Shown here one piece after another: positions 9,063 to 19,956 of a stretch of DNA of 47,850 bases. How positions within the stretch are numbered: the first letter of the stretch is position 1; each line of letters starts with the position of its first letter. The stretch comes from an uncultured delta proteobacterium (GTDB taxonomy: Bacteria > Desulfobacterota > Desulfuromonadia > Geobacterales > DSM-12255). Both the position numbers and the translations under genes were made by a program. Below the pieces are notes generated by a model. It was given only the letters and a program-made list of their open reading frames with translations. It searched no databases and was not told the DNA's origin. Location of the stretch: the NCBI GenBank assembly GCA_963787125.1, contig CAWBBV010000019.1, forward strand, positions 1-47,850. The letters are read 5' to 3'.

Positions 9063-9575
9063 CTACATCGGGTATTTACCCATTTCTTCAGGGTTCATTC
9101 TCTCCAGCATCTCCAGTAGATGCTTATCGCCCAGAAGATCGACACCATCTGTCACGCGCTGATCAACAACTGAGGAGCTTGTAAGCGCCTCTTCTGAAAT
9201 ACCTACGGAAAGTTTATACTTAATCGCCGTCAAAAGGGCCGTAACCAGCTCTACCCTTACCTTTACACAACTTTCTTCACCATCAAGGCAGATGTCAGCA
9301 GTGTAGCCTTTAGCAGCCGTGCCATTAATCAGAATATCCGCGACCTTGAAGCCGATAGTATCAAGCACGGAGTCGAGCAAATCACTCTTGTCACCCCGGC
9401 CTGAAAGACGATTGGTTACAAGGTCTGCAGTTATAGCAAGGATATCTACCAGTTCAAGCCAGAGCGGGAATGTGGTCTCCTCTGACTCATCCTTGAAAAG
9501 AGCGAGAGGCTGCATGGCATCGACTGTAAAACCGACAATATTAAGGTAACGGTAGCCTGCTGGTTTTTTACTCAT
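9063..9575 (-). CDS. Bifunctional nuclease (DUF151)-like protein, divergent
   Basis: N-terminal strand pattern with FPLWL, C-terminal LERMNPEEMGKYPM, and position after miaB; the conserved family motifs are degenerate. Confidence 0.65.
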   Translation of the reverse strand: MSKKPAGYRYLNIVGFTVDAMQPLALFKDESEETTFPLWLELVDILAITADLVTNRLSGRGDKSDLLDSVLDTIGFKVADILINGTAAKGYTADICLDGEESCVKVRVELVTALLTAIKYKLSVGISEEALTSSSVVDQRVTDGVDLLGDKHLLEMLERMNPEEMGKYPM

Positions 9576-9586
9576 TAAATTTGCCT

Positions 9587-10909
9587 TTAACCTTGTGTCA
9601 GCTCGCCCAGGAGTGAGTTTTGCAGATTTTTAATTATAAGCGGTCGTTGCAAAGTCCCGGTCAGAGCAACCGATCCGGTAAAGTTAACAACTCTGTTGCC
9701 TGATGTCCGGCCATAAACCTGCCCCGCCCGTTTACTAACACCTTCGACCAGCACCTCCACCCTCTCGCCGACGAAAGAGTTTTGCACTGTTGCAGTCAAT
9801 TTTTTCTGCAGTGCTAAAAGTCTGTTCAAACGCTCCGATTTTTCCTTTTTTGAAACGGCGTCAGGCATACCGGCAGCTTTAGTCTCTGGGCGAGGCGAGT
9901 AGACAAATGAATAGGTATCCGAATATCCAACAGCGCTCATCAGTGAAAGAGAATCCTGAAACTCTTCTTCAGTTTCGCCGGGAAAGCCGACAATGATGTC
10001 GCTGGTAACGAGAATTTCTGGGCGGATCACCCTCAGTCTTTCAATCTTCTCCATATAGTCTGAGCGGGTATACCCACGGTTCATTAAACCGAGAATCCTG
10101 TCGCTTCCTGACTGTACCGGCAGATGAATGTAAGAACAGAGCTTCTCCACATCGGCAAAACAGTCTATAAGTGGTGCCGACATATCCTTTGGATGTGACG
10201 TCATAAAGCGGATCCGTTCAATCCCGTCTACTTTAGCAACAGCTCTTATAAGCCTCGCGAAATCGGAACCATCACCGCCTTTGCTGCCGTAAGAGTTGAC
10301 ATTCTGCCCGAGCAGAGTCACCTCTTTCACTCCAGAAGCAGAGAGGTTAATGATCTCAGCAAGAATATCAGTCGAACGCCTGCTGACCTCACGCCCCCTC
10401 ACAAAAGGGACAATGCAGTAAGAACAGAAATTATTACATCCCTGCATTATCGTCACGGATCTGGTAACTCCGCTGACTTCACCATTATTCAGGAAGAGAT
10501 CAAAGCGGTTTTCATCATCAATGAAAGCTGTTTCGGAAATACGCTTGCCGCCTTCCGCCAGACGAACCATCTCCGGAAGCAGATGCAGGTTATGAGTACC
10601 AAAAACAAAACTTAAGTGGGGAACCTTTGCCAGGAGCCGCTCACCTTCCTGCTGTGCAACACAGCCACCCACACCTATGAGCAGATCCGGATTAGCCTTC
10701 AATTCCCCCTTCATTGTCAACAGGATGCCGTAGATCTTCTCTTCAGCCTTAGCTCTGACACTGCAGGTATTAAGGACAACCATGTCAGCCTCAGCTATGG
10801 AGGCGACAGGCGTATAACCAATTGTTCCAAGCGTTGCCGCGATCTTTTCCGAGTCACTGACATTCATCTGACAACCGAATGTCATAATGTGTACTTTTTT
10901 ACGCACCAT
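9587..10909 (-). CDS. miaB: tRNA-2-methylthio-N6-dimethylallyladenosine synthase MiaB
   Basis: TFGCQMNVSDSE, NTCSVR, GCVAQ, radical SAM CNNFCSYC, RFMTSHP, TRAM domain. ATG at 10909 preferred over TTG at 10918. Confidence 0.96.
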   Translation of the reverse strand: MVRKKVHIMTFGCQMNVSDSEKIAATLGTIGYTPVASIAEADMVVLNTCSVRAKAEEKIYGILLTMKGELKANPDLLIGVGGCVAQQEGERLLAKVPHLSFVFGTHNLHLLPEMVRLAEGGKRISETAFIDDENRFDLFLNNGEVSGVTRSVTIMQGCNNFCSYCIVPFVRGREVSRRSTDILAEIINLSASGVKEVTLLGQNVNSYGSKGGDGSDFARLIRAVAKVDGIERIRFMTSHPKDMSAPLIDCFADVEKLCSYIHLPVQSGSDRILGLMNRGYTRSDYMEKIERLRVIRPEILVTSDIIVGFPGETEEEFQDSLSLMSAVGYSDTYSFVYSPRPETKAAGMPDAVSKKEKSERLNRLLALQKKLTATVQNSFVGERVEVLVEGVSKRAGQVYGRTSGNRVVNFTGSVALTGTLQRPLIIKNLQNSLLGELTQG

Positions 10910-10942
10910 AAGAATCAACCTTTGCCTTAGTTCGAATTGAAA

Positions 10943-10972
10943 ATAGTACGCAATAAGCTTTTAATTAGTCAA
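10943..10972 (-). promoter_or_regulatory. Sigma70-type promoter for miaB
   Basis: TTGACT-N18-TACTAT on the minus strand. Confidence 0.55.
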
Positions 10973-11025
10973 CAGTTTTCACCCGACAACTCCGTGAAGA
11001 ACAGTTTTATGGCAACTTTTTTTGA

Positions 11026-11055
11026 TTGACAGGGGACTACTGCTAATGATATAGA
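11026..11055 (+). promoter_or_regulatory. Sigma70-type promoter for rpsT
   Basis: TTGACA-N18-TATAGA with an extended -10 TG. Confidence 0.6.
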
Positions 11056-11108
11056 ATTTTATTCAAAATTGAATTCAAGACATTCATATAATAACTCGGA
11101 GGTGCAGT

Positions 11109-11372
11109 TTGGCACATCACAAATCAGCTCTTAAAAGAATCAAGCAGAACAAGGTAAGAAACGCCCGGAACAAACATGTCCGCTCCACTCTTAAAACATG
11201 CGTCAAGAGAGTTCGCGAAGCGGTAGAGAAAAAAGATCTGGCTGCCGCCAAGGAAGCTCTGGCCATTGCCATCCCGGCTATTGACAAAACTGCCACAAAA
11301 GGCGTTATCCATAAATCAAACGCATCAAGAAGTGTTTCCAGGCTGGTTAAACTCGTCAACACTCTCGGTTAG
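11109..11372 (+). CDS. rpsT: 30S ribosomal protein S20
   Basis: [10 protein letters not shown]...[28 protein letters not shown] start. Confidence 0.98.
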   Translation: MAHHKSALKRIKQNKVRNARNKHVRSTLKTCVKRVREAVEKKDLAAAKEALAIAIPAIDKTATKGVIHKSNASRSVSRLVKLVNTLG

Positions 11373-11391
11373 AGACTGACTTTATAGGTAT

Positions 11392-11429
11392 ATATAAAAG
11401 AAAGGGCTGATCAGCCCTTTCTTTTATAT
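11392..11429. terminator. Bidirectional intrinsic terminator between convergent rpsT and holA
   Basis: Perfect 38-bp palindrome ATATAAAAGAAAGGGCTGA|TCAGCCCTTTCTTTTATAT. Confidence 0.85.
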
Positions 11430-11436
11430 TTTAGAC

Positions 11437-12432
11437 CTAACTCTTCTTCAAACAGATCTCAAAAAGCAGCATTTCAAAGAGAGTCCCCTGTCTCCCCCCG
11501 CTTTTGAGCCCCATATCAGTCTCGTGTAAAAGTAAAAAGATTTTCCGGTACTCATCCATCTTGAATTTCTGTGCCTGAACAAGCATCCCCTTAAGGAAAT
11601 AAGGGTTTATCTTCGCTTGTTTGCTGATTTCGTCATGTGAGGCTCTATGATCAAGCAGCGCCCTGATCATGCAAAGCTGCCTGAAATGCCTGGCAAGTGC
11701 GCCAACCAGCATATAGGGTGAATCCGGGTCCCGCAGCAGAATCTGCAGCTGCCTGATCGCCTTCTCAACATTGCGGCTGCCAAGAGCATTTGCCAGCTCA
11801 AAAACAGTATCGATCTTGGTATCAGAAACAATTGCCCTGACGTCATCAACTGATATCAAATCTCTCTTGCCGACGTAAGTGACAAGCTTATCGATCTGGG
11901 AGACAAGCTCCCGCAGACTGTTTCCGCAGTAGTAGATCAGCAGGTCTGCCGCGGCCGAATCAACTCTCTTGCCGTTGCCCTCAGCGTCGCGCCTGATAAA
12001 GGCAGAGAGTTGTTCGTCCTTCAGTTTTTTATACTCGACTAATAGATCGGTTTTTTTGAGTTCAGTAAAAAACTTGCGCCTTAAATCAATTTTTGCAGCA
12101 TGGAAGATCAGGCAGGTTTCAGGAGAAGGGGCTTTTATGTAAGTGATAAGCTGCTCAAGCTGTTCAGCTGGCAGCTCTTCCGCACGCTTCACTAAAATGA
12201 CACGCCGCTCGGCAAACATCGGCAGCGTCATGGCATTGTCGAGAAGCTGCTCTGCTTTGCATTCCTTGCCGTAATAGGTTGTAAAGTTGAAATCCTTGAA
12301 ATCCGGTGCGACCAGTTTTTCGATCAATCGCTGCACAGCTCGGGTTGCAAGGAACTCTTCTTCACCATAAATAAAGTAAAGGGGAGCAATCTCCCCTTTA
12401 CTGACAGATCTTTCAAGATCTTCAGGCTTCAT
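11437..12432 (-). CDS. holA: DNA polymerase III delta subunit
   Basis: PLYFIYGEEEFL, TLPMFAERRVILVK, DMGLKSG; leuS-lptE-holA gene order. Confidence 0.93.
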   Translation of the reverse strand: MKPEDLERSVSKGEIAPLYFIYGEEEFLATRAVQRLIEKLVAPDFKDFNFTTYYGKECKAEQLLDNAMTLPMFAERRVILVKRAEELPAEQLEQLITYIKAPSPETCLIFHAAKIDLRRKFFTELKKTDLLVEYKKLKDEQLSAFIRRDAEGNGKRVDSAAADLLIYYCGNSLRELVSQIDKLVTYVGKRDLISVDDVRAIVSDTKIDTVFELANALGSRNVEKAIRQLQILLRDPDSPYMLVGALARHFRQLCMIRALLDHRASHDEISKQAKINPYFLKGMLVQAQKFKMDEYRKIFLLLHETDMGLKSGGRQGTLFEMLLFEICLKKS

Positions 12433-12450
12433 AGACTCCCTTTTGAACGG

Positions 12451-12957
12451 TTAAAATGACTGGTTCATTTTAGCTACCAGGAGTTCAGCAGCGTTTGTGC
12501 AGGCTGACAACACCGCCGCATCAAGGGCATTACGTTGCAAGGCAAGATCAGTATTGGCTGGGTACTCCTGACTGATGGTTTCTGAGCCTTTCCAGACACT
12601 CTTACCACTATTTTTCTCTACCAGCTGCATATTGATCCCAATGACAACAGTGTAGAGCATCGCCCTGTCAACAGCTGAAAAAGCTGCCGTATTAATAGTC
12701 AGCGAAACGATCTCTCCGGAAATGATAAAATCTGCAGCATCATTGCCGCTAACCAACCCTCTTGCTGCCAGCTCATTAACAAGTGCACGCCGAAAGTCAC
12801 CTTCGATATTCGGCTGATATGTCCGGTTGGCGAACATCTTCACAGCCACTGACTTGCCTTTGGGAATGGTCGTATTTTTCGTCGCCAGTGAGTAGCCACA
12901 ACCTGAAAGCAGAGTAGCAGCCATTAATGGTAGCAGAAGAAACCGGTAGCTCTTCAC
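12451..12957 (-). CDS. lptE: LPS-assembly lipoprotein LptE family
   Basis: Lipobox LSGC-GY, FANRT; lies between leuS and holA. Confidence 0.82.
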   Translation of the reverse strand: MKSYRFLLLPLMAATLLSGCGYSLATKNTTIPKGKSVAVKMFANRTYQPNIEGDFRRALVNELAARGLVSGNDAADFIISGEIVSLTINTAAFSAVDRAMLYTVVIGINMQLVEKNSGKSVWKGSETISQEYPANTDLALQRNALDAAVLSACTNAAELLVAKMNQSF

Positions 12958-12960
12958 TGC

Positions 12961-15432
12961 CTACACCACAATATTGAGAAGCTTGCCAGGAACGTAAATA
13001 ATCTTCCGCGGCGTTTTACCTTCGAGGTGTGTTGTCACCTTATCGTCAGCGAAAGCAAGACTTTTTACCGACTCCTCGGTGGCATCAACAGGGACTGTAA
13101 CCCTGCCGCGCAGCTTGCCATTCACCTGCACAACGATCAACAGCTCTTCATCAGCAGCAGCCTCCTCGTCAAAGACGGGCCAGCCTGCCTCTTCGATACC
13201 ACCCGTGTGACCAATCTTTTCCCATAGCTCTTCAGTGAAATGGGGAACAAAGGGGTAGAGCAGCAAAAGAGTACTCTCAATAGCTTCTCTTAAAAGGGCA
13301 CCGTTTTGAGGCAGATTCTTCTGTGGAAACGCCTGGATACCGTTCACGAGCTCCATTATGGCCGCAATGGCGGTATTGAAGTGAAAGCGTTCATCAACAT
13401 CGGCAGTGATCTTCCTGATACTCTTGTGGATCAGACGGCGTAGTCCCCTGCCCTCATCAGAAAGAGCTGCAACGTTTACAGTCGCTTTCGTGGCAATAAA
13501 AGGGAGAACCTCACCAACAAGTTTCCAGAGACGGTTAAGAAAGCGGAAACTGCCATCGACCCCCTGGTCATTCCAATCCAGGTCCTTTTCGGGCGGTGCT
13601 GCAAAGAGCGAGAAGAGCCGTGCTGTATCAGCGCCGTACTTTTCAATGAGCGAGTTTGGGTCAACAACATTCCCTTTGGACTTGCTCATCTTGGCGCCAT
13701 CCTTAATGACCATCCCCTGGGTAAGCAGATTTATAAACGGCTCGTCAACATTGACGTAACCGAGATCACGAAGAACCTTGGTAAAAAAGCGCGCATACAG
13801 AAGATGGAGAACAGCATGCTCAATTCCGCCGATATACTGGTCTACCGACATCCAGTATTTGACTTTTCCCTTATCCAGCGGGCCATCCAGATAATCGGGA
13901 CAGCAGTAGCGGAGGAAATACCAGGAAGACTCGACAAAGGTATCCATGGTATCGGTTTCACGGCGGGCGGCCATGCCGCAGGAAGGGCATGCCACGTTGA
14001 CAAATGAATCAATCTTTGCCAGCGGACTGCCGCCATCACCGGTGAAAGCGATGTCAAGCGGCAGTACAATCGGCAGATCTTTTTCCGGCACGGGCAGAGT
14101 ACCGCAAACATCGCAGTAGATTACCGGTATCGGATTACCCCAATAACGCTGGCGGGAGATGCCCCAGTCCCTCAGACGGTAGTTCACGGTCTTTTTGCCG
14201 CACCCTTTCTCCTCCAGCCAACTGGCAATTTGCTCCTTTGCCTCCAGGCTGCTGATACCGTCAAACTGGCCGGAGTTGGCCATCCTGCCTGGCTCAGTAT
14301 ACGCTTCGGTCATTGTAGCAGCAGCGAGGAGTTCCGTTTCGGGCTGAATGACGACCTGCATCGGGAGGGAATATTTTCTGGCGAATTCAAAATCACGTTG
14401 ATCGTGTGTCGGTACCGCCATAACAGCTCCAGTACCGTAATCAGTCAGAACAAAATTGGCCAGATAGATCGGCATTTTCAGCCCATTCGCCGGGTTAAGG
14501 CAGAAGGAACCGGTAAAGACCCCTTCCTTTTCAAGATCTTCAGCCGTTCTTCTTATTTTCTCAGTAGTTTTAACTTTTTCAATAAAAGCTTCGACCTCGG
14601 TGATTCTGTCAGGGGTTGTCAGAGTCAGGGCAAGGGGATGTTCAGGCGCCAGTGACATGAAGGTCGCCCCAAAAAGCGTATCCTGGCGAGTTGTGAAAAC
14701 CTTGATCGCAGCACCACCGTTTTCAAGCGGGAAATCTATCTCGCAACCAAAACTTTTGCCGATCCAGTTTCGCTGCATTGTCAGAACTCGTTCCGGCCAA
14801 CCGGGAAGATTTTCAGTGCAGGCGAGCAGCTCTTCTGCATAATCCGTTATCCTGAAAAACCACTGCTCAAGCTCCTTCTGAGACACATTGCTGTCGCAGC
14901 GCCAGCAGCCGCCATCCTCTACCTGCTCGTTTGCCAGCACCGTCTCGCATGATGGGCACCAATTAACAAAAGAGCTTTTTTTGTAGGCAATCCCTTTGTT
15001 AAACATCTCTATAAAGATTTTCTGTTCCCAGCGATAATAGGAAAGATCACAGGTTGCCAGTTCCCTGTCCCAGTCATAGGAAAGGCCCATTCTTTTCAGC
15101 TGCCCACGCATATAATCTATATTTTCAGAGGTCCATTTAGCGGGATGACTGTTATTCTGAATGGCAGCATTCTCGGCCGGCATGCCAAAAGCGTCCCAAC
15201 CCATCGGATGGAGGACATTGAAGCCGCGCATCCGCTTAAAACGTGCGACTACATCGCCAATGGAGTAGTTCCTCACATGTCCCATATGAATTTTACCGGA
15301 AGGGTAAGGAAACATCTCAAGGAGATAATATTTCTGCTTTGACGGGTCCTCGGTAACCTTGAAACTCTTTTCCATCTCCCACTTTTTCTGCCATTTACTC
15401 TCTACTTCACTGGGTAAATATCGCTCTTCCAC
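12961..15432 (-). CDS. leuS: Leucine--tRNA ligase
   Basis: [30 protein letters not shown] at 15432 follows a GGAGGA RBS. Confidence 0.98.
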   Translation of the reverse strand: MEERYLPSEVESKWQKKWEMEKSFKVTEDPSKQKYYLLEMFPYPSGKIHMGHVRNYSIGDVVARFKRMRGFNVLHPMGWDAFGMPAENAAIQNNSHPAKWTSENIDYMRGQLKRMGLSYDWDRELATCDLSYYRWEQKIFIEMFNKGIAYKKSSFVNWCPSCETVLANEQVEDGGCWRCDSNVSQKELEQWFFRITDYAEELLACTENLPGWPERVLTMQRNWIGKSFGCEIDFPLENGGAAIKVFTTRQDTLFGATFMSLAPEHPLALTLTTPDRITEVEAFIEKVKTTEKIRRTAEDLEKEGVFTGSFCLNPANGLKMPIYLANFVLTDYGTGAVMAVPTHDQRDFEFARKYSLPMQVVIQPETELLAAATMTEAYTEPGRMANSGQFDGISSLEAKEQIASWLEEKGCGKKTVNYRLRDWGISRQRYWGNPIPVIYCDVCGTLPVPEKDLPIVLPLDIAFTGDGGSPLAKIDSFVNVACPSCGMAARRETDTMDTFVESSWYFLRYCCPDYLDGPLDKGKVKYWMSVDQYIGGIEHAVLHLLYARFFTKVLRDLGYVNVDEPFINLLTQGMVIKDGAKMSKSKGNVVDPNSLIEKYGADTARLFSLFAAPPEKDLDWNDQGVDGSFRFLNRLWKLVGEVLPFIATKATVNVAALSDEGRGLRRLIHKSIRKITADVDERFHFNTAIAAIMELVNGIQAFPQKNLPQNGALLREAIESTLLLLYPFVPHFTEELWEKIGHTGGIEEAGWPVFDEEAAADEELLIVVQVNGKLRGRVTVPVDATEESVKSLAFADDKVTTHLEGKTPRKIIYVPGKLLNIVV

Positions 15433-15474
15433 ATATCCTCCTGGTCTTGACCTCAACCCTTGATCTATTTTTTT

Positions 15475-17628
15475 CTACTCGTACTCTGCAGGCTTGTGAC
15501 ACCTCTCGCAGTTGTCTGCACTTTTTGTCGTAAACGCCATGTGTAAACCGTGACAAGCACCACATGACTTACCGACATCCATATCTCGCATGGTTACAGG
15601 CTTTCTATTGGCACTTGCAGGGATAATTTTGTAATGGCAGTCACTGCACTGATAACCTCGCCCCATATGCACCTTGTGGCTGAACATGACCGGTTCGACA
15701 TTTTTCTTGGCCGCAAAGTCGTACTTGATGGACTTGAGAACAGGGTGGCATTTCTGGCAGTTCTCCTTGACAGTAAAGGCATCCTTACCATTATGGCAGA
15801 GTCCGCATGAAAGCCCCTTTTCCATGTCGCCCATAGAATTACGCTTGTTGTTTTCAGACGGGATAAAGGTTTTATCGTGGCAATCGTTACAGCGGTAGAT
15901 GCCGATATGAAACTTGTGGCTGAAAAACGCCCCGGTTTCCCTGAACCTTATCTCTTTTACAGGGTGACATCTGTCACAAGTTGCCTTTACAGAAAAAGCA
16001 GTTTTACCGTCATGGCAGACACCGCAGGAGCTGCCGCTCTCCATCTGCGCCATTGTAAAATGTTTTGCACCTTTTCCGGTCGGGAAAATATCGTAGTGAC
16101 AATCGCCACACTTGTAAAGACCAGTGTGAAATTTGTGACTAAAAACAGTCACTCCGGCCTCTTTAACGTCATATTTGATCTCTTTTGTGGATTTGTGACA
16201 ACGATCACAATCTCCCTTGACTGAGAAAGCCAGGAAACCATCATGGCAGGCGCCACAGGAGCGATCCTTTTCCATCTCGCCCATTGAGTAGCGCTTGTTA
16301 TGGATGTCTGCAGTAAAAAAGGCATTATGGCAATCACTGCAACTGTACATTTCAAGATGCCTGAGGTGAGGAAATCTGGCGTCAGCAGTGAACATGATCT
16401 CCTTTACCGGATGACATTTACTGCAATCCTTTGCCACTGAAAAAGCTGTTTTTCCATCATGGCAGGCTCCGCATGATCGCCCCTTTTCCATCTGTCCCAT
16501 GGAGTAGCTTTTGCGTTGAGCACCGGTTGTGAAGATTTTATTGTGGCACTCGTCACATTTGTACATCCCTGAATGAAATGAGTGACTGAATTCGACTTTA
16601 CCGGCATTAGGAAGATTAAAAATGATATTTTTAGTGCTATTGTGGCATCTATCGCAACTACCAGTAACAGTGAAGGCGATATTGCCATCATGGCAGGCAC
16701 CGCAGGAACGATCCTTCTCCATGTCCCCCATAGTGTATCTGCGACTACCCTTACCACCGGTAAATATCCCGCTGTGGCAGTCGACACAGACATACATTTT
16801 CTTGACTTGATCAGTGTGTATTTTGTGACTGAAGAGTGCCGGCGCCTTTTTAAAACTGACATCAGGCGTCCCCTTGTGGCATTTCTGACAGTCGCCTTTT
16901 ACTGAAAAAGCCTCTTTACCGTTGTGGCAGCCGCCACAAGAGCGGCCTGCCTCCATATCGCGCATAAGATATCTTCTGCTCTTCGGTCCGGCAATAAAGA
17001 GTTGGCTGTGGCATTTATTGCACTGATAGCCTGCCCCAACGTGAAATTTATGACTGAAGACGGCATCGGCATCAAAAGCTATCTCCTTGACAGCATGACA
17101 CTTTGTGCAACTTCCGCTGACTGAAAAAGCCGCCTTGCCGTTATGACAACCTCCACAAGACAAGCCACTCTCCATCTGCCTCATGGTAACATGGGGGTTT
17201 GTTGAGTCAGCTTTAAAGAGCTTTACATGACAGTCCGTGCAACTGAAAAGAGAAAGGTGAAAATTGTGACTGAACAGTACCGCTCCAAAATCAGGGATTC
17301 GAATCGTTATCTCTTTAGTCAAATGACAAGTGCCGCACTCTGAGAGCCCAAAAGCACGTACCTTGTTATGGCACTGGCCGCAGGATTTGCCTTTCTCCAT
17401 TTCAGCCATGGTCACAGTGGGATTTTTCTCGCCGATTTTGAAAAGAGTGTTATGGCAGAGCGTACAATTATTTCCGAGCTTTTTCAGATGCGGATCATGG
17501 GGAAAGGGAATAGTTCCTATAGCCGCCGTTTTAATGGCGGCACTTTTAAAATCCTTTGCATTCAGTGCTAGTGGGATAAAAATCAGTAATAACCCCACCA
17601 GCAAGAACCTTCTCAGCAATATCTTCAT
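15475..17628 (-). CDS. 27-heme c-type cytochrome, polymer of nine c7-type triheme domains (GSU2210-like)
   Basis: Signal peptide; 27 CxxCH motifs counted, in nine repeats of FxHxxH-CxxCH-MxxM-CGxCH-CxxCH. Confidence 0.95.
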   Translation of the reverse strand: MKILLRRFLLVGLLLIFIPLALNAKDFKSAAIKTAAIGTIPFPHDPHLKKLGNNCTLCHNTLFKIGEKNPTVTMAEMEKGKSCGQCHNKVRAFGLSECGTCHLTKEITIRIPDFGAVLFSHNFHLSLFSCTDCHVKLFKADSTNPHVTMRQMESGLSCGGCHNGKAAFSVSGSCTKCHAVKEIAFDADAVFSHKFHVGAGYQCNKCHSQLFIAGPKSRRYLMRDMEAGRSCGGCHNGKEAFSVKGDCQKCHKGTPDVSFKKAPALFSHKIHTDQVKKMYVCVDCHSGIFTGGKGSRRYTMGDMEKDRSCGACHDGNIAFTVTGSCDRCHNSTKNIIFNLPNAGKVEFSHSFHSGMYKCDECHNKIFTTGAQRKSYSMGQMEKGRSCGACHDGKTAFSVAKDCSKCHPVKEIMFTADARFPHLRHLEMYSCSDCHNAFFTADIHNKRYSMGEMEKDRSCGACHDGFLAFSVKGDCDRCHKSTKEIKYDVKEAGVTVFSHKFHTGLYKCGDCHYDIFPTGKGAKHFTMAQMESGSSCGVCHDGKTAFSVKATCDRCHPVKEIRFRETGAFFSHKFHIGIYRCNDCHDKTFIPSENNKRNSMGDMEKGLSCGLCHNGKDAFTVKENCQKCHPVLKSIKYDFAAKKNVEPVMFSHKVHMGRGYQCSDCHYKIIPASANRKPVTMRDMDVGKSCGACHGLHMAFTTKSADNCERCHKPAEYE

Positions 17629-17641
17629 TAGTTCAGCAATC

Positions 17642-18019
17642 TCAGACTATCTTGAGCAGTTGTCTTGCAACATCCAGGATCCTGTTTGGCTGTATCGGTT
17701 TGGTTATGTAATCATTAGCTCCCAAAGCCAGCGCCCTCTGCCGATCCTCCTGAGCGCCTTCAGTTGTTATGACAACAATAGGAACCCCTTTGTGATTGGC
17801 ATCGTCGCGCACCAGGCTTATCAGCTTGAGACCATCCATCACAGGCATATTTATGTCCGTAAAGATCATATCAAACCTTTCGGCAGATATTTTCTTAAGA
17901 CCGTCAACACCGTCCCCTGCCTCAACTATCCTGACGCCTCTTATCCTTTTCAGTGCAAAAGAGATGAGCTGACGCATTGTCGGAGAGTCTTCAACTATCA
18001 GTATATTAATGTCTGCCAT
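17642..18019 (-). CDS. cheY: CheY-like single-domain response regulator
   Basis: ILIVEDS, TDINMPVMDG, ITTE, YITKP. Confidence 0.88.
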   Translation of the reverse strand: MADINILIVEDSPTMRQLISFALKRIRGVRIVEAGDGVDGLKKISAERFDMIFTDINMPVMDGLKLISLVRDDANHKGVPIVVITTEGAQEDRQRALALGANDYITKPIQPNRILDVARQLLKIV

Positions 18020-18052
18020 ATAAAACCCCTCTAAAAGGATATTGTTTAAGCT

Positions 18053-18874
18053 TTAGCTATTTGTCAGCAGGTCAATAAAGCCCTGAATTGTGGAGAGCTT
18101 CCGCTCAGAATCCGAATAAAGCCTTGCTCCGAAGATTGCAGTGGCGGCATGACCGGCTAAGAGCGTAAAAAGCTCATAATCAACCTGAGCGAACTTCTCT
18201 TTTTGAACAAGGAGCTTGTAGATAGCAAGTACGCCAATGACGTGGTCCTTAATCTTCAGCGGTACGCATACCATAGGACTAAGAACGTCCCGTTGATAAG
18301 TATCAATGTCTTCAGCGAAATAACTTTCACCGCTCTGCAAAGTCTGACCTATAAGACCGCTACCGAGCATTACAGTTGGGACTTCCTCACGATCAAGCCC
18401 TTCGCAGGCAACTGCTTGCAGATCACCGCTCTTCTCATCAAGAAGCATCAGCGAGAACTCCTCCGCACCGATGAGATTAATGACAATTTCCAATATAATT
18501 TGCAACACCTCTTTAAAATCGAGGGTTGAGTGAAGTTGATAGCTGGCGATATAAAGGTTTGCCAGATTGTTGTTCTCAGCCTCTATCTCAATATACCTGT
18601 TGGCAAAGTCCAGATTCTCATCTTCGACCTTACTGATACGGCTCAGAATGTCCTTTTTCTCCTGTTCCAGCTCCTTGATACGGTTCAAAAGAGCAAGACT
18701 CTGATCCGAACCATCTGCAGTGGAGTTAACTGCCATTGCGTTTTCGAACTCCAATACCCGATACCGCAGACGCTCGTTCTCTTTGAGCAGATCGTGGGTA
18801 AACTCGGCCCCTTTTTTGAACGCTTGTAAAAATTCCTCTGCCTTGCCACGATAGCCTGACTCTTCTTCTATCAT
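18053..18874 (-). CDS. Coiled-coil plus GAF domain protein
   Basis: N-terminal heptads, LHSTLDFKEVL, CVPLKIKDHVIGVL, LLAGHAATAI; no output domain. Confidence 0.85.
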   Translation of the reverse strand: MIEEESGYRGKAEEFLQAFKKGAEFTHDLLKENERLRYRVLEFENAMAVNSTADGSDQSLALLNRIKELEQEKKDILSRISKVEDENLDFANRYIEIEAENNNLANLYIASYQLHSTLDFKEVLQIILEIVINLIGAEEFSLMLLDEKSGDLQAVACEGLDREEVPTVMLGSGLIGQTLQSGESYFAEDIDTYQRDVLSPMVCVPLKIKDHVIGVLAIYKLLVQKEKFAQVDYELFTLLAGHAATAIFGARLYSDSERKLSTIQGFIDLLTNS

Positions 18875-18891
18875 TTTAAAAACACCTCCCG

Positions 18892-19956
18892 TTATCTAAA
18901 CCCGCAGAATTCCATTATCTTTGACGCCATCTGATCAAGATGGATCACTTTATCAACAACTCCGGTTGCAATAGCCTCTCGGGGCATTCCAAAAACAACC
19001 GAAGACTCTTCAGACTCGGCAAGTACACCGCCACCAACTTCCTTTAGTTTTCTGACACCCTGACTGCCGTCATTACCCATTCCGGTCAGAACAACTCCAA
19101 GAGCACGACTGCCGTATACACGCGCAACCGAATTAAGCATGGCATTGACAGAAGGGATATACTTTTCATCTTTTGTCGGCGTTTTAAGGCGAATTACAAC
19201 CTGTTCCCTTACCTGAACAGTTATCATGTTCATCCCGCCCGGAGCAACAAGAACTGTATTCGGACGAACAATATCACCATCCACAGCCTCTTTTACCTCA
19301 AAAGGAAACATCCGGTTGAGCCTCTCGGCAAAAGTCCTGGTAAATCCGGATGGCATATGTTGCGAGATCAAAATAGCAAAAGGCAACTCGCCAGGCAACT
19401 GAGAAAGAATCTTCTGGAGTGCAGGTGGACCGCCTGTAGAAGAGCCTATAGCAACCATCTCATACTTTTGGCTGCCACCTCTGGGAAGTTTGACGACCCT
19501 CCTCACAGGCAGATTTACTTCCTGGAAAACTTGTTTTGTCCTGCTCTTAAGGCCCTGAAGATTCAGATTCAGCAGCGCGCCAACTTTTGCCTGAAGCTCT
19601 TCACGAATTCCGAGTAGTTGTTCGGAAAGCGCCTGTCTGGGCTTTGCCACAAAATCAACCGCTCCAAGCTCCAGAGCTTTAAAAACACGTTCGTCTTCAC
19701 TATGGGAACTGACAACAATAACCGGTGCGGGACAGGCTGTCATTATTATCCTAAGGAGCGTAAAGCCATCCATTCCAGGCATTTCAAGATCAAGAGTTAT
19801 TAGGTCTGGACGCAGATCCATCGCCTTACGAAGCCCTTCTTCACCATTAACGGCATAGCCGGCGACCTCGACTCCGGGAATCTCTTCAAGGAGCTTTACA
19901 ATGGTTCTTCTGCTAAAGGCAGAGTCATCTATGACAAGAACTCTAGTTTTATTCAA
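18892..19956 (-). CDS. cheB: Chemotaxis protein-glutamate methylesterase CheB
   Basis: Receiver domain plus GSSTGG, QHM and LTGMGNDG catalytic motifs. Confidence 0.96.
   Translation of the reverse strand: MNKTRVLVIDDSAFSRRTIVKLLEEIPGVEVAGYAVNGEEGLRKAMDLRPDLITLDLEMPGMDGFTLLRIIMTACPAPVIVVSSHSEDERVFKALELGAVDFVAKPRQALSEQLLGIREELQAKVGALLNLNLQGLKSRTKQVFQEVNLPVRRVVKLPRGGSQKYEMVAIGSSTGGPPALQKILSQLPGELPFAILISQHMPSGFTRTFAERLNRMFPFEVKEAVDGDIVRPNTVLVAPGGMNMITVQVREQVVIRLKTPTKDEKYIPSVNAMLNSVARVYGSRALGVVLTGMGNDGSQGVRKLKEVGGGVLAESEESSVVFGMPREAIATGVVDKVIHLDQMASKIMEFCGFR

Noticed and set aside
11109..11111. TTG start of rpsT as an anomaly
   Set aside because: A UUG start for rpsT is already known in E. coli, and a strong RBS is present.
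15475..17628. Recurring DNA motifs (e.g. CCATCATGGCAGG) as a CRISPR-like array
   Set aside because: They are the codons of the repeated CGACHDG heme motifs within one ORF.
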